A stretch of 64,000 nt of DNA from Ignavibacteriota bacterium (GCA_963787835.1 CAWBEI010000005.1:128001-192000); one strand, 5' to 3'; positions 36,363-47,524 are shown, counted from the first letter of the stretch. Made by a program: numbers and translations. Notes: generated from the letters alone by a model not told the origin.

Positions 36363-38218
36363 TTGGATGCAGAAGAATTGCCCGATGAGAGAGTTTCCAT
36401 CGAGCGATACCAATATTCGAGAGCGATGATGCTCCAGGGTTTCAAATAATGGGATCTTCCTTGAATGAAAGTGTCATAAATTTTAGTAATAGCATTCTCC
36501 CGAAGCACGCCGTGCTCGACAATCCTGAGTTTGCCAGAATTAAGTTCATCAAGATAAGGCCGAAGCATACCATTCATTAACCAATCACTCATAGGCAGTT
36601 CAAAGCCTGTTTTCTGTTTTTGCAATAACGCGTTGGGTAGAACATCGCTAACGGCATCGGAGAGCAACTGTTTGGTATTACCCTTGATTTTTATCGATCG
36701 CGGGAGTTGCCACGTAAATTCAAGAAGTTCTTTGTCTAATAGCGGGGCGCGTGCCTCAAGGCTCTGAGACATGCTCATGCTATCTAAATCACGTAATAGC
36801 ATGTCCGGGAGATAATGCTCGATGTCAGAACGGAGCAAGGTGTAAAGCAAATCACCATCTATCTTCTCTGGGTCATTCTGTGCTAACTCCGAACCGGTTA
36901 TGGTCATGATCTCAGCATTACTGAACAGGTTTCTTGAATGTTCAGGCATAAACGCAGATCTCAAAGCAGAGCGAAGGCGACTGTGACTGCCCGCAAGCAG
37001 AGATTCCGAAAATGACATCCTCAATCGTTTGGGCAGTGCCCAAAATACTTGAAAGACCCGAATATTTTGTGCAAGCCAGCGAAATTTCTTATATCCCAGG
37101 AATGCCTCGTCACCGCCAACACCACTTAACACTACTTTCAAATGTGGGCTTGCTCTTCGTGTCGCGACCGAAACGAGGAAGCTGTTCAATCCGTCACCAG
37201 TAGGGGAGTCCATCGCATGGAAAAAATCTGGCAATAAGTCGGCGATCTCTGAATCTGAGACGTTCCATTCATGGTGCAGGGTTCCGTATTTGTCAGCTCC
37301 GATCCTTGCCCAATGGGTTTCATCTTCGACATGACTTTTTACAGAAAAGCCAATCGAGAATGTTTCGATCGGTGTACTAACGTTCCGCATCGCAAGCCCG
37401 ACAATAGCGTTGGAATCAAGACCGCCTGATAGAAAAGCTCCAACCGGTACATCACTCACCAAACGATCGCGAACGGAGCGTTCGAGAATCCTGCGTGTTT
37501 CTTTGTAGGCATCTTCGTAGCCAATGTTGATGGGATGGTGCTCGGGTAAGCGGTACCATTTCTGAACAACGGGCTGGTCCTTGAAGGGAAGATGAAGTAT
37601 GCTTCCCGGTGGCAAGATGTCAATTCCTCTCAGGATCGATTGCGGGTGAGGCACACAATAAAATCGAAGGTAACTCGCGAGTGCTTCGGAGGACAGCTTG
37701 AGATCTACAAAATCGCACCTGAAAATTGCTCGAATTTCCGAGGCGAACATGATCCTCCCTTTGACTATTGCATAATACAGAGGTTTTTTGCCAATTGCAT
37801 CTCGAGCAAGTATAAGATCTCTCTTTTCATCGTTCCACCACGCAAAAGAAAAGAAGCCTCTCAGTTTGGGAAGGATCTCTATCCCTATCGTTTCCAGAAG
37901 CGTGAGTAGAACCGCTGTATCCGAAGGCGGTACATTCAGCTTATATTCGGAAATAAGTTCTTTGAAATTATAGATCTCGCCATTGAAGACCAACGCGCTG
38001 CCGTGTGGCCCGATCATGGGCTGATGTGCCTCCGGTGTTGGATCAATGATGGAAAGCCGGCGATGAGCGAGGGCGGCCATTTGGGAGCCGGAATGATAGA
38101 AACCCGCGTCGTCCGGCCCACGATGGTGCATCGATTCATTTGCCCATCGGAGCGAGCGAAGATCACTTTCCGAAAGGGGAGAACCGTCTAATGAAATGAG
38201 GCCTGCAATTCCGCACAC
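36359..38218 (-). CDS. asnB: Asparagine synthase (glutamine-hydrolyzing) family amidotransferase
   Basis: MCGIAG, HRGPD, RLSIID, FNGEIYN, LSGGLDS, SGVGGDE. Confidence 0.95.
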   Translation of the reverse strand: MCGIAGLISLDGSPLSESDLRSLRWANESMHHRGPDDAGFYHSGSQMAALAHRRLSIIDPTPEAHQPMIGPHGSALVFNGEIYNFKELISEYKLNVPPSDTAVLLTLLETIGIEILPKLRGFFSFAWWNDEKRDLILARDAIGKKPLYYAIVKGRIMFASEIRAIFRCDFVDLKLSSEALASYLRFYCVPHPQSILRGIDILPPGSILHLPFKDQPVVQKWYRLPEHHPINIGYEDAYKETRRILERSVRDRLVSDVPVGAFLSGGLDSNAIVGLAMRNVSTPIETFSIGFSVKSHVEDETHWARIGADKYGTLHHEWNVSDSEIADLLPDFFHAMDSPTGDGLNSFLVSVATRRASPHLKVVLSGVGGDEAFLGYKKFRWLAQNIRVFQVFWALPKRLRMSFSESLLAGSHSRLRSALRSAFMPEHSRNLFSNAEIMTITGSELAQNDPEKIDGDLLYTLLRSDIEHYLPDMLLRDLDSMSMSQSLEARAPLLDKELLEFTWQLPRSIKIKGNTKQLLSDAVSDVLPNALLQKQKTGFELPMSDWLMNGMLRPYLDELNSGKLRIVEHGVLRENAITKIYDTFIQGRSHYLKPWSIIALEYWYRSMETLSSGNSSASK

Positions 38219-38223
38219 GTGAA

Positions 38224-39795
38224 TTATTCGAGGGCGAGGGTCTCGTTTATTTCTGAAATCACATCATCCCAAACTCCGGGATGTTTTTGAGTAAAGATAG
38301 ACATGCTTGGATACCAGGCAGTTTGCTCGCTGCCGATCATCCATCGCCAGTCCGGAGTATGAAATACCATCAGCCACACACGTTTCCCAAGTGCTCCCGC
38401 AACATGAGCGATGGCAGTGTCCACCGTGATGACGATGTCCAGGTTGGAAATGATGGCAGCCGTAACAGCGAAATCACGAAGAGAATCACAAAGATCGATG
38501 GTGTTCGGGAGCACTATCTTATTACCTTGTTGGAGACTAAAAAATTGAAATCGTTTTTTATTTGCCTCAACGATGGGGGATATCGTTTCCCATGACATCG
38601 AGCGGGTGTGGTCGGTTGGGTGCGCAGGATTTCCAGACCATACAATCCCGATCCTCTTTTTTTTACGATTTTCTGGAAGAGTAATGGATTTCAATTTTCT
38701 CCGCCAATCATCTAATTCGTTTCCACGCGGCCGAATGTAGGGCTTGAACGCTCGAAGGGTTTCGTACCGAACCTTTAACAGGCCGGGAAGGCTCATGAGT
38801 GGAACATGCAGATCGAAATCGGAATGTTTAGAACCACTATGGACCACACGAACATTAGGCAAACTGATGGATGCCACTAATAGCCGGTAGAGGTCAGGCT
38901 GAACTTCAACGATCAGTTCACAATCTTGTTTAGCAAGATCGTAAATAAGCCGAATAAATTGCAAGGTATCGCCGAGCCCTTGATCCGGCCAAACCAAAAG
39001 GGTCTCACCATGTAACGGTTCACCTTTCCAAAGCATTTGATTCGGATATTTTCTAATGGGTGGACAACCTGCGGTTTTCCAACGCCACTCGTACTCCTGA
39101 AAACCTTGCTCCAACTTTCCCTGTAATAGTAAGAGGGTAGCAAGCGAATAATGAATTCCAGGATTATCTGGATCGAGTTCTAGTCCGTGGCGATAGGCGG
39201 CCTCGGACTCCTCAAATCGGTGCGCAAAATAAAGCGAGGATGCTTTGTTTAGAAGAGCATCGATATACTCCGGTGCTAATTCGATAGCTCGATCATACGC
39301 AGCACATGCCTCATCATAACGATAGAGCGCGTCGAGGGCTAACCCAAGATTATTCAGTGTTGGAGCCGAGTAGGGATCAAGTTCCACTGCTCGGCGTATG
39401 GACTGCTCGGCTTCTGGAAATTTCTTCTGAAGCAGGAACATCCTGCCTAAATTGTAATAGGCTTCCCAATTATCAGAGCGAATAGCTATTGCGCGCTCGA
39501 ATGATTGATGCGCCTGATCGTATTGATGAAGTTCGGCGAGCGCCAGCGCTCGATTGTTCCAGAGTTCCACAAGGCCGCCGTTGATAGCAAGGGCTTTATC
39601 GGTCCAGGCGAGCGCCTGGCCAGGATCGCCTTGCTGAAGTGCGAGCACCGAAAGCCTATGGTACGGTGCGATTTCTTGTGGCCACGAGGCAATAATACTG
39701 GAATAGTAATGCAGCGCTCGATCCATAGCGCCTTTGCGCTCGTTCGAAAGGCCCAGATTGAAAAGTTGTTGTGCTGTCAGCATCCAAAAGTTCAA
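38224..39795 (-). CDS. TPR-repeat glycosyltransferase family 9-like protein
   Basis: N-terminal TPRs; YEWRW, DQGLGDTLQF.R, VWSGNP.H..D..RS, VDTAIAHVAGALG, DWRW. Confidence 0.88.
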   Translation of the reverse strand: MNFWMLTAQQLFNLGLSNERKGAMDRALHYYSSIIASWPQEIAPYHRLSVLALQQGDPGQALAWTDKALAINGGLVELWNNRALALAELHQYDQAHQSFERAIAIRSDNWEAYYNLGRMFLLQKKFPEAEQSIRRAVELDPYSAPTLNNLGLALDALYRYDEACAAYDRAIELAPEYIDALLNKASSLYFAHRFEESEAAYRHGLELDPDNPGIHYSLATLLLLQGKLEQGFQEYEWRWKTAGCPPIRKYPNQMLWKGEPLHGETLLVWPDQGLGDTLQFIRLIYDLAKQDCELIVEVQPDLYRLLVASISLPNVRVVHSGSKHSDFDLHVPLMSLPGLLKVRYETLRAFKPYIRPRGNELDDWRRKLKSITLPENRKKKRIGIVWSGNPAHPTDHTRSMSWETISPIVEANKKRFQFFSLQQGNKIVLPNTIDLCDSLRDFAVTAAIISNLDIVITVDTAIAHVAGALGKRVWLMVFHTPDWRWMIGSEQTAWYPSMSIFTQKHPGVWDDVISEINETLALE

Positions 39796-39832
39796 GCAAA
39801 CTTATATTCTTCTATTTGACAATGAGAACGCT

Positions 39833-39868
39833 GAAAAAATTTCATAGTATTTGGAAAAAATTTCATAG
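39833..39868. promoter_or_regulatory. Two identical 15-bp boxes (GAAAAAATTTCATAG), 21-bp period
   Basis: 39833-39847 and 39854-39868 in the divergent GT9/hsp20 intergenic region. Confidence 0.6.
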
Positions 39869-40023
39869 CTGGCATAAAAATCTGTCAAAATTGGCAAGGT
39901 TTTTTCTCTAAATGCGTAGCATAATGATTGGCACAGAATTGCATAAGTTGAGAACAGAATTGACCCTCACAATTCTAATATAGTTAACAAGAAGGGAAAT
40001 AATCATTTTTGAAAGGAAACAAT

Positions 40024-40560
40024 ATGTCACTAATAAAATGGGAAAATCCACTCAACGGACTCGATTTCGCTCATCGCAACATGCGTAAGCTGTTCGAAGA
40101 ATTCGACCGCAACTTCTTTAACTTTCCTCAACTGACCACGCAAAGTGCATTCCTGCCTACCGTGGACATCAATGAGGACAAAGATAATTTCTACATTATC
40201 GCTGAACTTCCGGGCCTTGTCGCGAGCGATGTGAAGCTTTCGATCAGCGAAGGAGTTGTCACCATTCGCGGCGAGAAAAAGCGTGAAAGTGAACATCAGG
40301 ACCGCAGTTTCTATCGCATGGAACGGTCCTATGGAGAATTCGTGCGACAGTTCTCGCTTCCTGAAGGAGTGAAAGATGAGGACATCCAGGCTAACTTTGA
40401 CAATGGCGTCTTGGAGATCAAGGTTCCGAAACTGGAGCCATCAAAACTGAAGGAGCGCGAGATCCCGATCAAGATGGGGAATGAGCTCTTTATAGGCAAC
40501 GGTCACACCAAGATCACGAATGGCTACGAAAAGCGCGCCATGGCCGCGAGCCTGAACTAA
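40024..40560 (+). CDS. Hsp20/alpha-crystallin small heat shock protein
   Basis: P.VDI.E, AELPG, ERSYGEF.RQF.LP, A.FDNGVLEI.VPK. Confidence 0.95.
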   Translation: MSLIKWENPLNGLDFAHRNMRKLFEEFDRNFFNFPQLTTQSAFLPTVDINEDKDNFYIIAELPGLVASDVKLSISEGVVTIRGEKKRESEHQDRSFYRMERSYGEFVRQFSLPEGVKDEDIQANFDNGVLEIKVPKLEPSKLKEREIPIKMGNELFIGNGHTKITNGYEKRAMAASLN

Positions 40561-40575
40561 TACGATTAACATTAG

Positions 40576-40604
40576 AAAGCCGGGGAGGTTACTTCCCGGC
40601 TTTT
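40576..40604. terminator. Bidirectional rho-independent terminator
   Basis: AAAGCCGGGG-AGGTTACT-TCCCGGCTTTT between convergent hsp20 and hemA. Confidence 0.8.
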
Positions 40605-40616
40605 GAGTTTTTAAAT

Positions 40617-41909
40617 CTACCTCTTATCCAACCCGAATACTTTTCGTATCATTTCTACCCGGGCGAGCGAATCCGTTGCGTCATCGCCAGAATCTTTGAG
40701 TGAAACTATGGGTTCGTGAAGCAACCGGTTTATCATCCGCCGTGACATTTCGTCGATGGTAGCAAAGGCGCGATCATCGAGTTTCCCGCGATTGCGATCG
40801 AGTTCATCTGTCCTCACAGCCTCGAATTTTTCACGAAGTGCTTTGATCGTTGGTCCGGCTTCAAGGAGTGAAATGGTTCCAATAAAGCGATCGAGCTCTT
40901 CTTCGATAATGGTTTCCGCTTTTGGGATCTCTAATCGCCTTCGCTCGGCATTCCGATCAACGATCGTTTTAAGGTCGTCGATGTCTTTCAAAAACACATT
41001 GGAAAGAGAGGCAATTGCCGGGTCGATGTCCCGTGGTACGGCAATATCGATCATGACCACCGGCGAGGATGATTGCCGCCGGTGCATTGCTGCGACCATC
41101 ATTGGCTCGGTCAGAACATAATCGGGTGCTGAGGTCGCACAGATGATAATGTCCGATTTGGGTAGCACTTCTTCAAGTTCGCCAAGGGAAACTACATCGA
41201 ACGTTCCATGAGAAGATTCCGGTTGAATCTTTGCAAGCATTGCGAGCGCCCGTTCATGATTGCGATTTGCAATCGTGATGCGGCCGGCATTCCGTTCAAT
41301 GAAGTGCTTCGCCGCAAGCTCGCCAGTTTCTCCGGCACCGATGATCAGAATGTGACGCGATCTCAGGTCATCGTAAATTTTGCGAGCGAATTCAACGGCT
41401 GCGAAGGAAATCGTAGCAGCACCCTCGTTAAGGGTTGTTTCTGTGATGACCCGTTTGGCGACATGGTTCGCTGCCTGAGAAAGCTTACTGAAAAAACTGC
41501 TGTTTGAACGCATCTCCTCACTGAGGCGAAACGCATCCTTGACCTGCGCAAAGATCTGTTGATCCCCGATAATTTGCGAATCGATGCCGGCGATCACTGC
41601 GAACAAATGCCGGATCGCATCGCGGTCATGCATCGTCTCGAAGAGATGGGATACCTGTTGACGTTCATGGTTCGGTAGTTTTTTCGCGTCGAATATCGAA
41701 TGAAGAAGAGTGTCAGGTTCAACTCCCGCTTCCTCAGGCCGCCGAATATAAAACTCTGTTCGATTGCATGTCGAAAGGATCAATGAATCGGCGTCAGAAA
41801 AATTTTGAAGCAGGAGGCGGGCTTCCTCTTCGGAAAGCTGCAATCGTTCACGCACTTCTACCGGAGCGCGTCGATGCGATAAGCTGACAACAATGAAATG
41901 TTCCGGCAC
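40617..41909 (-). CDS. hemA: Glutamyl-tRNA reductase
   Basis: STCNRTE, GIDSQIIGDQQI, IGAGE, DIAVPRDI. Confidence 0.96.
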   Translation of the reverse strand: MPEHFIVVSLSHRRAPVEVRERLQLSEEEARLLLQNFSDADSLILSTCNRTEFYIRRPEEAGVEPDTLLHSIFDAKKLPNHERQQVSHLFETMHDRDAIRHLFAVIAGIDSQIIGDQQIFAQVKDAFRLSEEMRSNSSFFSKLSQAANHVAKRVITETTLNEGAATISFAAVEFARKIYDDLRSRHILIIGAGETGELAAKHFIERNAGRITIANRNHERALAMLAKIQPESSHGTFDVVSLGELEEVLPKSDIIICATSAPDYVLTEPMMVAAMHRRQSSSPVVMIDIAVPRDIDPAIASLSNVFLKDIDDLKTIVDRNAERRRLEIPKAETIIEEELDRFIGTISLLEAGPTIKALREKFEAVRTDELDRNRGKLDDRAFATIDEMSRRMINRLLHEPIVSLKDSGDDATDSLARVEMIRKVFGLDKR

Positions 41910-41914
41910 TTAGG

Positions 41915-42769
41915 CTACAAGAAACTATGAAACGTAGTACCGACCCAATTTACGATCGTCATGGATATAATGGTGAGGGCAAAGCCAGACATCCAAAAGA
42001 GCACAAGCCGACGGCCCTCGACATGCATGACTCTGCGGACAAGAAGAGTCGCACCGAAAACAAACCAGACCAGTAGCGTTGTCAGAACTTTCGGATCCAC
42101 AAAGAACTGCGAGGCGCTCACGTTGAGAGGAATTTTTGAGTAAAGAAGGACCCCAAGCGCGATCGAGAGTGTCAGAAAAATAAATCCGAATGTGGTTGCT
42201 CGAAGGCCATAGCGTTCCAATCGCTCCAGGCTTGGGACATGCTCGAAGATCGCGCCGTATTGGTTCTGGCGAATAGCGCGAAACAGGAGTAGATACAATC
42301 CGCCATAGATCGCCGCGAGCATCAATGCGGCATAACCAAAAACGGAAGTAGTCACATGCAAATTGAAGATGGGATCTCGCAGGATCGCTGCTGTTTCTGG
42401 TGCCTGCGAACTGCCGATAGCGAGCGAAGAAACCAATTGCAGCAGGAAGCACACCGTCGTCACGAAAAAGCCAGTGCCGGAGGTTTCCTGCGAAGTTCGC
42501 AACTCTGCAAATACATAGACAGCGAGCAAGGTGAATGCAATGAGGGAGAACAACTCGAATACCGTAGCGACGAGATCGTGATGATACTCCGCCGTATAGA
42601 CGCTAATATAAACAGCATGGAGCCCGAGCACCACATAGGCGGCTGGCACAGCAAGCTTCAGACGCTGAACCTGGTTGAGTGACCGAAAAAATGTACGAGC
42701 AAAATAGAACGTCAGCCCGCCATAAACTACGGGCAGGAGCACCCGAAGTAGTGTTACGAGATAATCCAT
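41915..42769 (-). CDS. Cytochrome c assembly CcsA/HemX-like membrane protein
   Basis: Conserved His, PSLERLE, DPKV; 8 TM; adjacent to hemA. Confidence 0.82.
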   Translation of the reverse strand: MDYLVTLLRVLLPVVYGGLTFYFARTFFRSLNQVQRLKLAVPAAYVVLGLHAVYISVYTAEYHHDLVATVFELFSLIAFTLLAVYVFAELRTSQETSGTGFFVTTVCFLLQLVSSLAIGSSQAPETAAILRDPIFNLHVTTSVFGYAALMLAAIYGGLYLLLFRAIRQNQYGAIFEHVPSLERLERYGLRATTFGFIFLTLSIALGVLLYSKIPLNVSASQFFVDPKVLTTLLVWFVFGATLLVRRVMHVEGRRLVLFWMSGFALTIISMTIVNWVGTTFHSFL

Positions 42770-42838
42770 TCTATGATTTTAACAGGGTGCAAGATCGAAA
42801 CATTCGGTTTGGAAGACCTTTGAATAAAAACATCACAT

Positions 42839-43630
42839 TCAAGAGTCCTGAACTTTTTTTTCAAGCCTTTCCTCCTTTAATTCGAGGGTCCCCTGGGCAG
42901 CGATCGCACCAAACGTAGTTGGGCTGCCTTTCAAGATCCATTCGAATGCAACACCGATGAGTGCGCCAAGCAGAGGTCCAACAATGTAGATCCATCCGGT
43001 GCTCAGATCCCCGCAAAGAATATCAGGAGCAAGCGATCGGATCGGATTCATGGACGCACCGGTGACCGGCGCGGACCACAATCCCGCCAATGCAATATAT
43101 CCTCCAACGGCAATGGCTCCGTTGGTGCCGATGTTTCGCGCGCCGGAGGCAGTCCCCAGGATCACGCTTACAAGGCCAGCCGTGAGCATGGTTTCGACCA
43201 GCAGGGCATTTGTCGGAGTAATACCTTGGCCCGGAACTGTGGCACCGTGGGAAACAACATCTCCAAATATGATCTTCAGGAAATAGACAGCACCCAGCGC
43301 ACCTGCGGCCTGTGCCCCTAAGTACCCCGGCACCCGCCGCCACGGGAAATTTCTCCTCACAGCGAAGGCGAATGTGACCGCTGGGTTCAGGTGGGCGCCG
43401 CTTACGGTTCCCATGAAATAAATGATCGCCATCACCATCAATCCTGGTGCTACGACCGCCATGGCAATCGAGACACCACCATGGCTCCAATAGGCAACCG
43501 TTCCACCTCCTACCGCAGCGGTTACTAAAAGAAATGTGCCCCACAGTTCGGAAAATAATCTCCTGCCCTCAAGGGCATTATTTAGAAAATCTTCCAGGGT
43601 CGAAGTGGATTCAGGTTTTAGGTATTTCAT
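42839..43630 (-). CDS. Aquaporin/MIP family channel
   Basis: SGAHLNPAVT and GASMNPIRS (second NPA is NPI). Confidence 0.93.
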   Translation of the reverse strand: MKYLKPESTSTLEDFLNNALEGRRLFSELWGTFLLVTAAVGGGTVAYWSHGGVSIAMAVVAPGLMVMAIIYFMGTVSGAHLNPAVTFAFAVRRNFPWRRVPGYLGAQAAGALGAVYFLKIIFGDVVSHGATVPGQGITPTNALLVETMLTAGLVSVILGTASGARNIGTNGAIAVGGYIALAGLWSAPVTGASMNPIRSLAPDILCGDLSTGWIYIVGPLLGALIGVAFEWILKGSPTTFGAIAAQGTLELKEERLEKKVQDS

Positions 43631-43810
43631 TTTTTCAGTTTGGAAAGTGCTGACGTTCGAAAAGAGTTCTCGATCTACGGCCCTGCAAAATGGTTAGAAT
43701 GCCATAAATAAAGTGGATGGTCCTTAATTTACGTATTTTTGTCATGAATTCGCAATAGTGTGAATCCCTTCACGGCCTCTTAAACAAATAGATCTATAGG
43801 AAATTAACTT

Positions 43811-44311
43811 ATGAAAACATCTTTCTATACTTTTTCGAAACGAGTTACATTCACAATTGCTGTACTCTTTATTTCAGCTCTATCCATCCAGGCTGGTCAT
43901 GTTCAGGGTAAGGCATCGATCCGGCCTACTGCCGGAACTACTCCGGTTGTTGGTGCTACGGTCACGCTAACGCCGGTTCCGGGTACAGGTTCCGCGACTT
44001 CACCGACGACCGCGACAACCACCTCCAACGGCAGCTTCAGTCTGGCTGGTTTGAAGACAGGACATTACACTTTAACGATCACTCCGGCAGTGGTTTATAC
44101 CAAGTCTGGCCAGGCTGCCAATCAACTTCCTTTCCAGGTATGGGCAAATTTTAATATGTTGAAGGGATTGACCGTAAATAACATTCTTGCGAACACTGCC
44201 CCTACTGGGCCGATTGCATTTATGAGCAATGGGTCATTAAATGTCATTGCGTTCGCGTTTGGCAACCCCCACAACGCCACTACAACGATCACCGGTACGC
44301 TGACGAGATAA
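43811..44311 (+). CDS. Secreted carboxypeptidase-regulatory-like (transthyretin-fold) domain protein
   Basis: Signal peptide; PVVGATVTL...TTTSNGSFSLAGL..G.YTLTI. Confidence 0.7.
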   Translation: MKTSFYTFSKRVTFTIAVLFISALSIQAGHVQGKASIRPTAGTTPVVGATVTLTPVPGTGSATSPTTATTTSNGSFSLAGLKTGHYTLTITPAVVYTKSGQAANQLPFQVWANFNMLKGLTVNNILANTAPTGPIAFMSNGSLNVIAFAFGNPHNATTTITGTLTR

Positions 44312-44333
44312 CCTCGATACTATAGGGCGGTTC

Positions 44334-46331
44334 TTATTCCTCTTCCCCGGCTCGTAATCTCTCAAGCACTGAGAAATCTTCCAGCGTAGTGGTGTCGCCG
44401 GCAACAGAGCCTGTCGAGGCGAGTTCGCGTAGCAGTCGGCGCATGATCTTGCCAGAGCGGGTTTTGGGCAGGGCATCGGTAAAGCGGATCTCGTCCGGTT
44501 TCGCGATGGAGCCGATCATTTCGCCGACATGGTTGCGGAGTTTTTCCTTGAGCACTTCATCCGCATTCCATCCTTTCTTCAGCGTAACGAACGCGACGAG
44601 CGCAGATCCTTTGATCTCATCCGGTCTCCCAACGACGGCTGCTTCTGCAACCGTTTCATGTCCGACGAGCGCACTTTCTACTTCCATCGTTCCCAATCGG
44701 TGACCGCTGACGTTTATCACGTCATCGACACGTCCCATGATCCAGAAATATCCGTTCTTATCGCGGCGCGCGCCATCGCCGGTGAAATACAGTCCGGGAT
44801 AATCCGAAAAATACTGTTTCTCAAAGCGCTCTGGGTCTTTATAGATACCGCGCAGCATGGAAGGCCATGGCTTCTTGATGATAAGGTAACCGCCTTCGTC
44901 GGGCTTGCATGTGGAACCATCTTTTCGAACTACCTCTGGCTCGATCCCGAAGAATGGAAGCGTTGCAGAACCAGGCCGCGTTGGAGTCGCTCCGGGAATC
45001 GGGGAGATCATGATGGCTCCCGTTTCCGTTTGCCACCAGGTATCGACAATGGGGCACTGAGTTTTGCCGATCACACGATGATACCACATCCAGGCTTCCG
45101 GATTGATCGGCTCGCCAACAGAACCAAGCAATCGCAATGAAGACATATCGTGCTTGTTCGGATGCTCATCTCCCGCGCGAATAAATGCACGAATGGCTGT
45201 TGGTGCCGTGTAGAAAATAGTTACGCCATGCCGTTCGATGATGTCCCAGAAGCGATCGGGAGCAGGGTAAGTTGGAGCGCCTTCATACATCACGACCGTC
45301 GCGCCATTGGAGAGCGGACCATAGAGAACGTAACTGTGTCCCGTTACCCAGCCTACGTCAGCCGAGCACCAATACACATCTTCGTCACGAATGTCGAAAA
45401 TGTATTTCATCGTCAGATGTGTACCGAGTAAATATCCTGCGGTAGTGTGAACGATTCCCTTGGGCTTGCCGGTCGTGCCGGAGGTGTAGAGGATGTAAAG
45501 AGGGTGTTCTGAGTCAAGCGGAACGGCGGGGCAATCGGCGCTTGCTTCCGCCATCGTATCGTGCCACCACACATCACGGCCGGCAAACATTTCGACATCA
45601 TTCCCCGTCCTGCGTAGCACAAGAACTTTTTCTACCGTTGGACATCCACCGGTAATGGCGTCATCGACTTTCTTCTTCAGTTCCACGATCGCTCCACGGC
45701 GGAATGTGCCGTCGGCAGTGATGATGACTTTAGCCTCGAAATCATTTACACGGTCGCGAATGGCTTCGGAGGAAAAGCCACCGAAGATAACGGAGTGCGT
45801 AGCACCGATTCGCGCACAGGCCAGCACAGCAGTGGCAAGTTCTGGCGTCATGCCCATATAGATAGCAACGCGATCTCCGGTCCTTACACCAAGAGATTTT
45901 AGTACATTTGCTGCTTTCGATACTTCTCGATGAAGTTGAGCGTATGTCAATGTTCGCTGCTCGAAATTTTCTCCCTCCCAGATAATTGCGGCTTTATTCT
46001 TCCGCGAAGTGGATAGATGACGGTCGAGGCAATTATAGCTAGCATTGATCTTTCCGCCGATGAACCACTTAGCAAACGTGGCTTTCCACTCAAGCACTTT
46101 TCGCCATTTCTTGAACCAATGAAGTTCCTCCGCCTGCTTTGCGAAGAATTTCTCCGGATCTTTAATGCTGGCGCGATACAGCTTCTCATATTGCGCCATC
46201 GAAGGAATTCGAGCGCGTTCTGAAAACTGCTTGCTCGGCTTGAAGAGACGCTTCTCGCCGAGATTCGATTCGATCGAAGTGGAATGGTGACCGGATTTTG
46301 ACGATTTCTTTTGTGTCGTTGATTTTGCCAT
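44334..46331 (-). CDS. acs: Acetyl-CoA synthetase
   Basis: [33 protein letters not shown]. Confidence 0.97.
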   Translation of the reverse strand: MAKSTTQKKSSKSGHHSTSIESNLGEKRLFKPSKQFSERARIPSMAQYEKLYRASIKDPEKFFAKQAEELHWFKKWRKVLEWKATFAKWFIGGKINASYNCLDRHLSTSRKNKAAIIWEGENFEQRTLTYAQLHREVSKAANVLKSLGVRTGDRVAIYMGMTPELATAVLACARIGATHSVIFGGFSSEAIRDRVNDFEAKVIITADGTFRRGAIVELKKKVDDAITGGCPTVEKVLVLRRTGNDVEMFAGRDVWWHDTMAEASADCPAVPLDSEHPLYILYTSGTTGKPKGIVHTTAGYLLGTHLTMKYIFDIRDEDVYWCSADVGWVTGHSYVLYGPLSNGATVVMYEGAPTYPAPDRFWDIIERHGVTIFYTAPTAIRAFIRAGDEHPNKHDMSSLRLLGSVGEPINPEAWMWYHRVIGKTQCPIVDTWWQTETGAIMISPIPGATPTRPGSATLPFFGIEPEVVRKDGSTCKPDEGGYLIIKKPWPSMLRGIYKDPERFEKQYFSDYPGLYFTGDGARRDKNGYFWIMGRVDDVINVSGHRLGTMEVESALVGHETVAEAAVVGRPDEIKGSALVAFVTLKKGWNADEVLKEKLRNHVGEMIGSIAKPDEIRFTDALPKTRSGKIMRRLLRELASTGSVAGDTTTLEDFSVLERLRAGEEE

Positions 46332-46384
46332 AGCACAAAATTACGAAATGCCGAGCACAGCACCAATAAGAGCGGCTCTTTATA

Positions 46385-46882
46385 TTATTGGGGCAGTATA
46401 AGTCGCATTTCGTTCGTGGGTGAAAAGCCCAGCGATTCATAAAGCGGTTTTCCGAACTGGCTTGCATGAAGGGCGATAATATCCACACCATTCGAATGGC
46501 ACCAGTCAATAGCTGTTTGCGTCAGAAGGCGCGCCAGACCTAATTTCCTATGTTTTGGGTCGGTGAAAACATTTAGTAGGTATCCGCGAAGGGACGATTT
46601 TGAACGAAGCGTGGGTATCCAGTTTTGAAGCCAAAGTCCGATTCCGGATACCACTTGTCCTTCTGGAGAGACCGCTATCCAACCGAGATATTCGCCCGAT
46701 CTCATAAGTGGAATCACCCATTGTTCGAACGCGGCGAGAGTTGTTTCAAGCAATGTCATATCTCCTGCACCGATCTCGATTAACATTCCACGCCGATGCT
46801 CAACCATTGCTTTGATGTCATCCAGAGTGGCGTGTCGAATCGAATAATTCAAAGAACGATCTTTTAGCGTTGAATCTGTCAT
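46385..46882 (-). CDS. GNAT N-acetyltransferase
   Basis: NVFTDPKHRKLGLAR, LHAS..G.PLYESLGF. Confidence 0.9.
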   Translation of the reverse strand: MTDSTLKDRSLNYSIRHATLDDIKAMVEHRRGMLIEIGAGDMTLLETTLAAFEQWVIPLMRSGEYLGWIAVSPEGQVVSGIGLWLQNWIPTLRSKSSLRGYLLNVFTDPKHRKLGLARLLTQTAIDWCHSNGVDIIALHASQFGKPLYESLGFSPTNEMRLILPQ

Positions 46883-46903
46883 ATACAAAATTACGAAGGA
46901 GGA

Positions 46904-47395
46904 TCACTTCCTGCTATTAACCATCGAAAGAACGAATGCTCCAACGATGAGGAGCATGTTAGCGCTTACGAGAGCGGTGTATCTGTGGTGAAGGGAATCA
47001 AATTCGTTCTTCGCTTGGATATATTGCGTCGTTTGCTGGGGATGATCGAAATCGCCGATGGTGGAACGCAGGACATTCATTCGATTGGTAGTATGAGTGG
47101 AATAAGTCCAAAGAATGATCGTTGCAATTAAGATCGCGGCTGTTTCGACGATTCGCAGGGTTCGAGTTCCATCGTTCCAATTCAAAAGGAGTAGGACAAT
47201 GGAAGAAAGAAGAGCCACAATAGCACACACCCACTCGATATTATTCATCCTCCCAAGGATAACACCGTTTATGGATCCCGCAAGTGTTCTTGAAGATAAT
47301 TGCTGGAAGATAGGGCCAGCGACCGCATAGCCCAACATAATGAGTGCCCCGAGCCAAACGCCGAGCGAAAGAGTTTTGAGAATTGAAAGGATCAT
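46904..47395 (-). CDS. DUF4149-like membrane protein
   Basis: WLG.......A..IF..L.SR..AG, F..LH motif, 4 TM. Confidence 0.75.
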   Translation of the reverse strand: MILSILKTLSLGVWLGALIMLGYAVAGPIFQQLSSRTLAGSINGVILGRMNNIEWVCAIVALLSSIVLLLLNWNDGTRTLRIVETAAILIATIILWTYSTHTTNRMNVLRSTIGDFDHPQQTTQYIQAKNEFDSLHHRYTALVSANMLLIVGAFVLSMVNSRK

Positions 47396-47524
47396 GCTAT
47401 TAAAACGATAAATGAAGGTATAGGGGTTCAGCGGTCAACAAGATTACTTCTGATGTTGTGATCGCAGGAATCCCAAATAGATGCTCTCGTGTTCGAGGGG
47501 TGCTTTTTACTTGGAATGCACATT

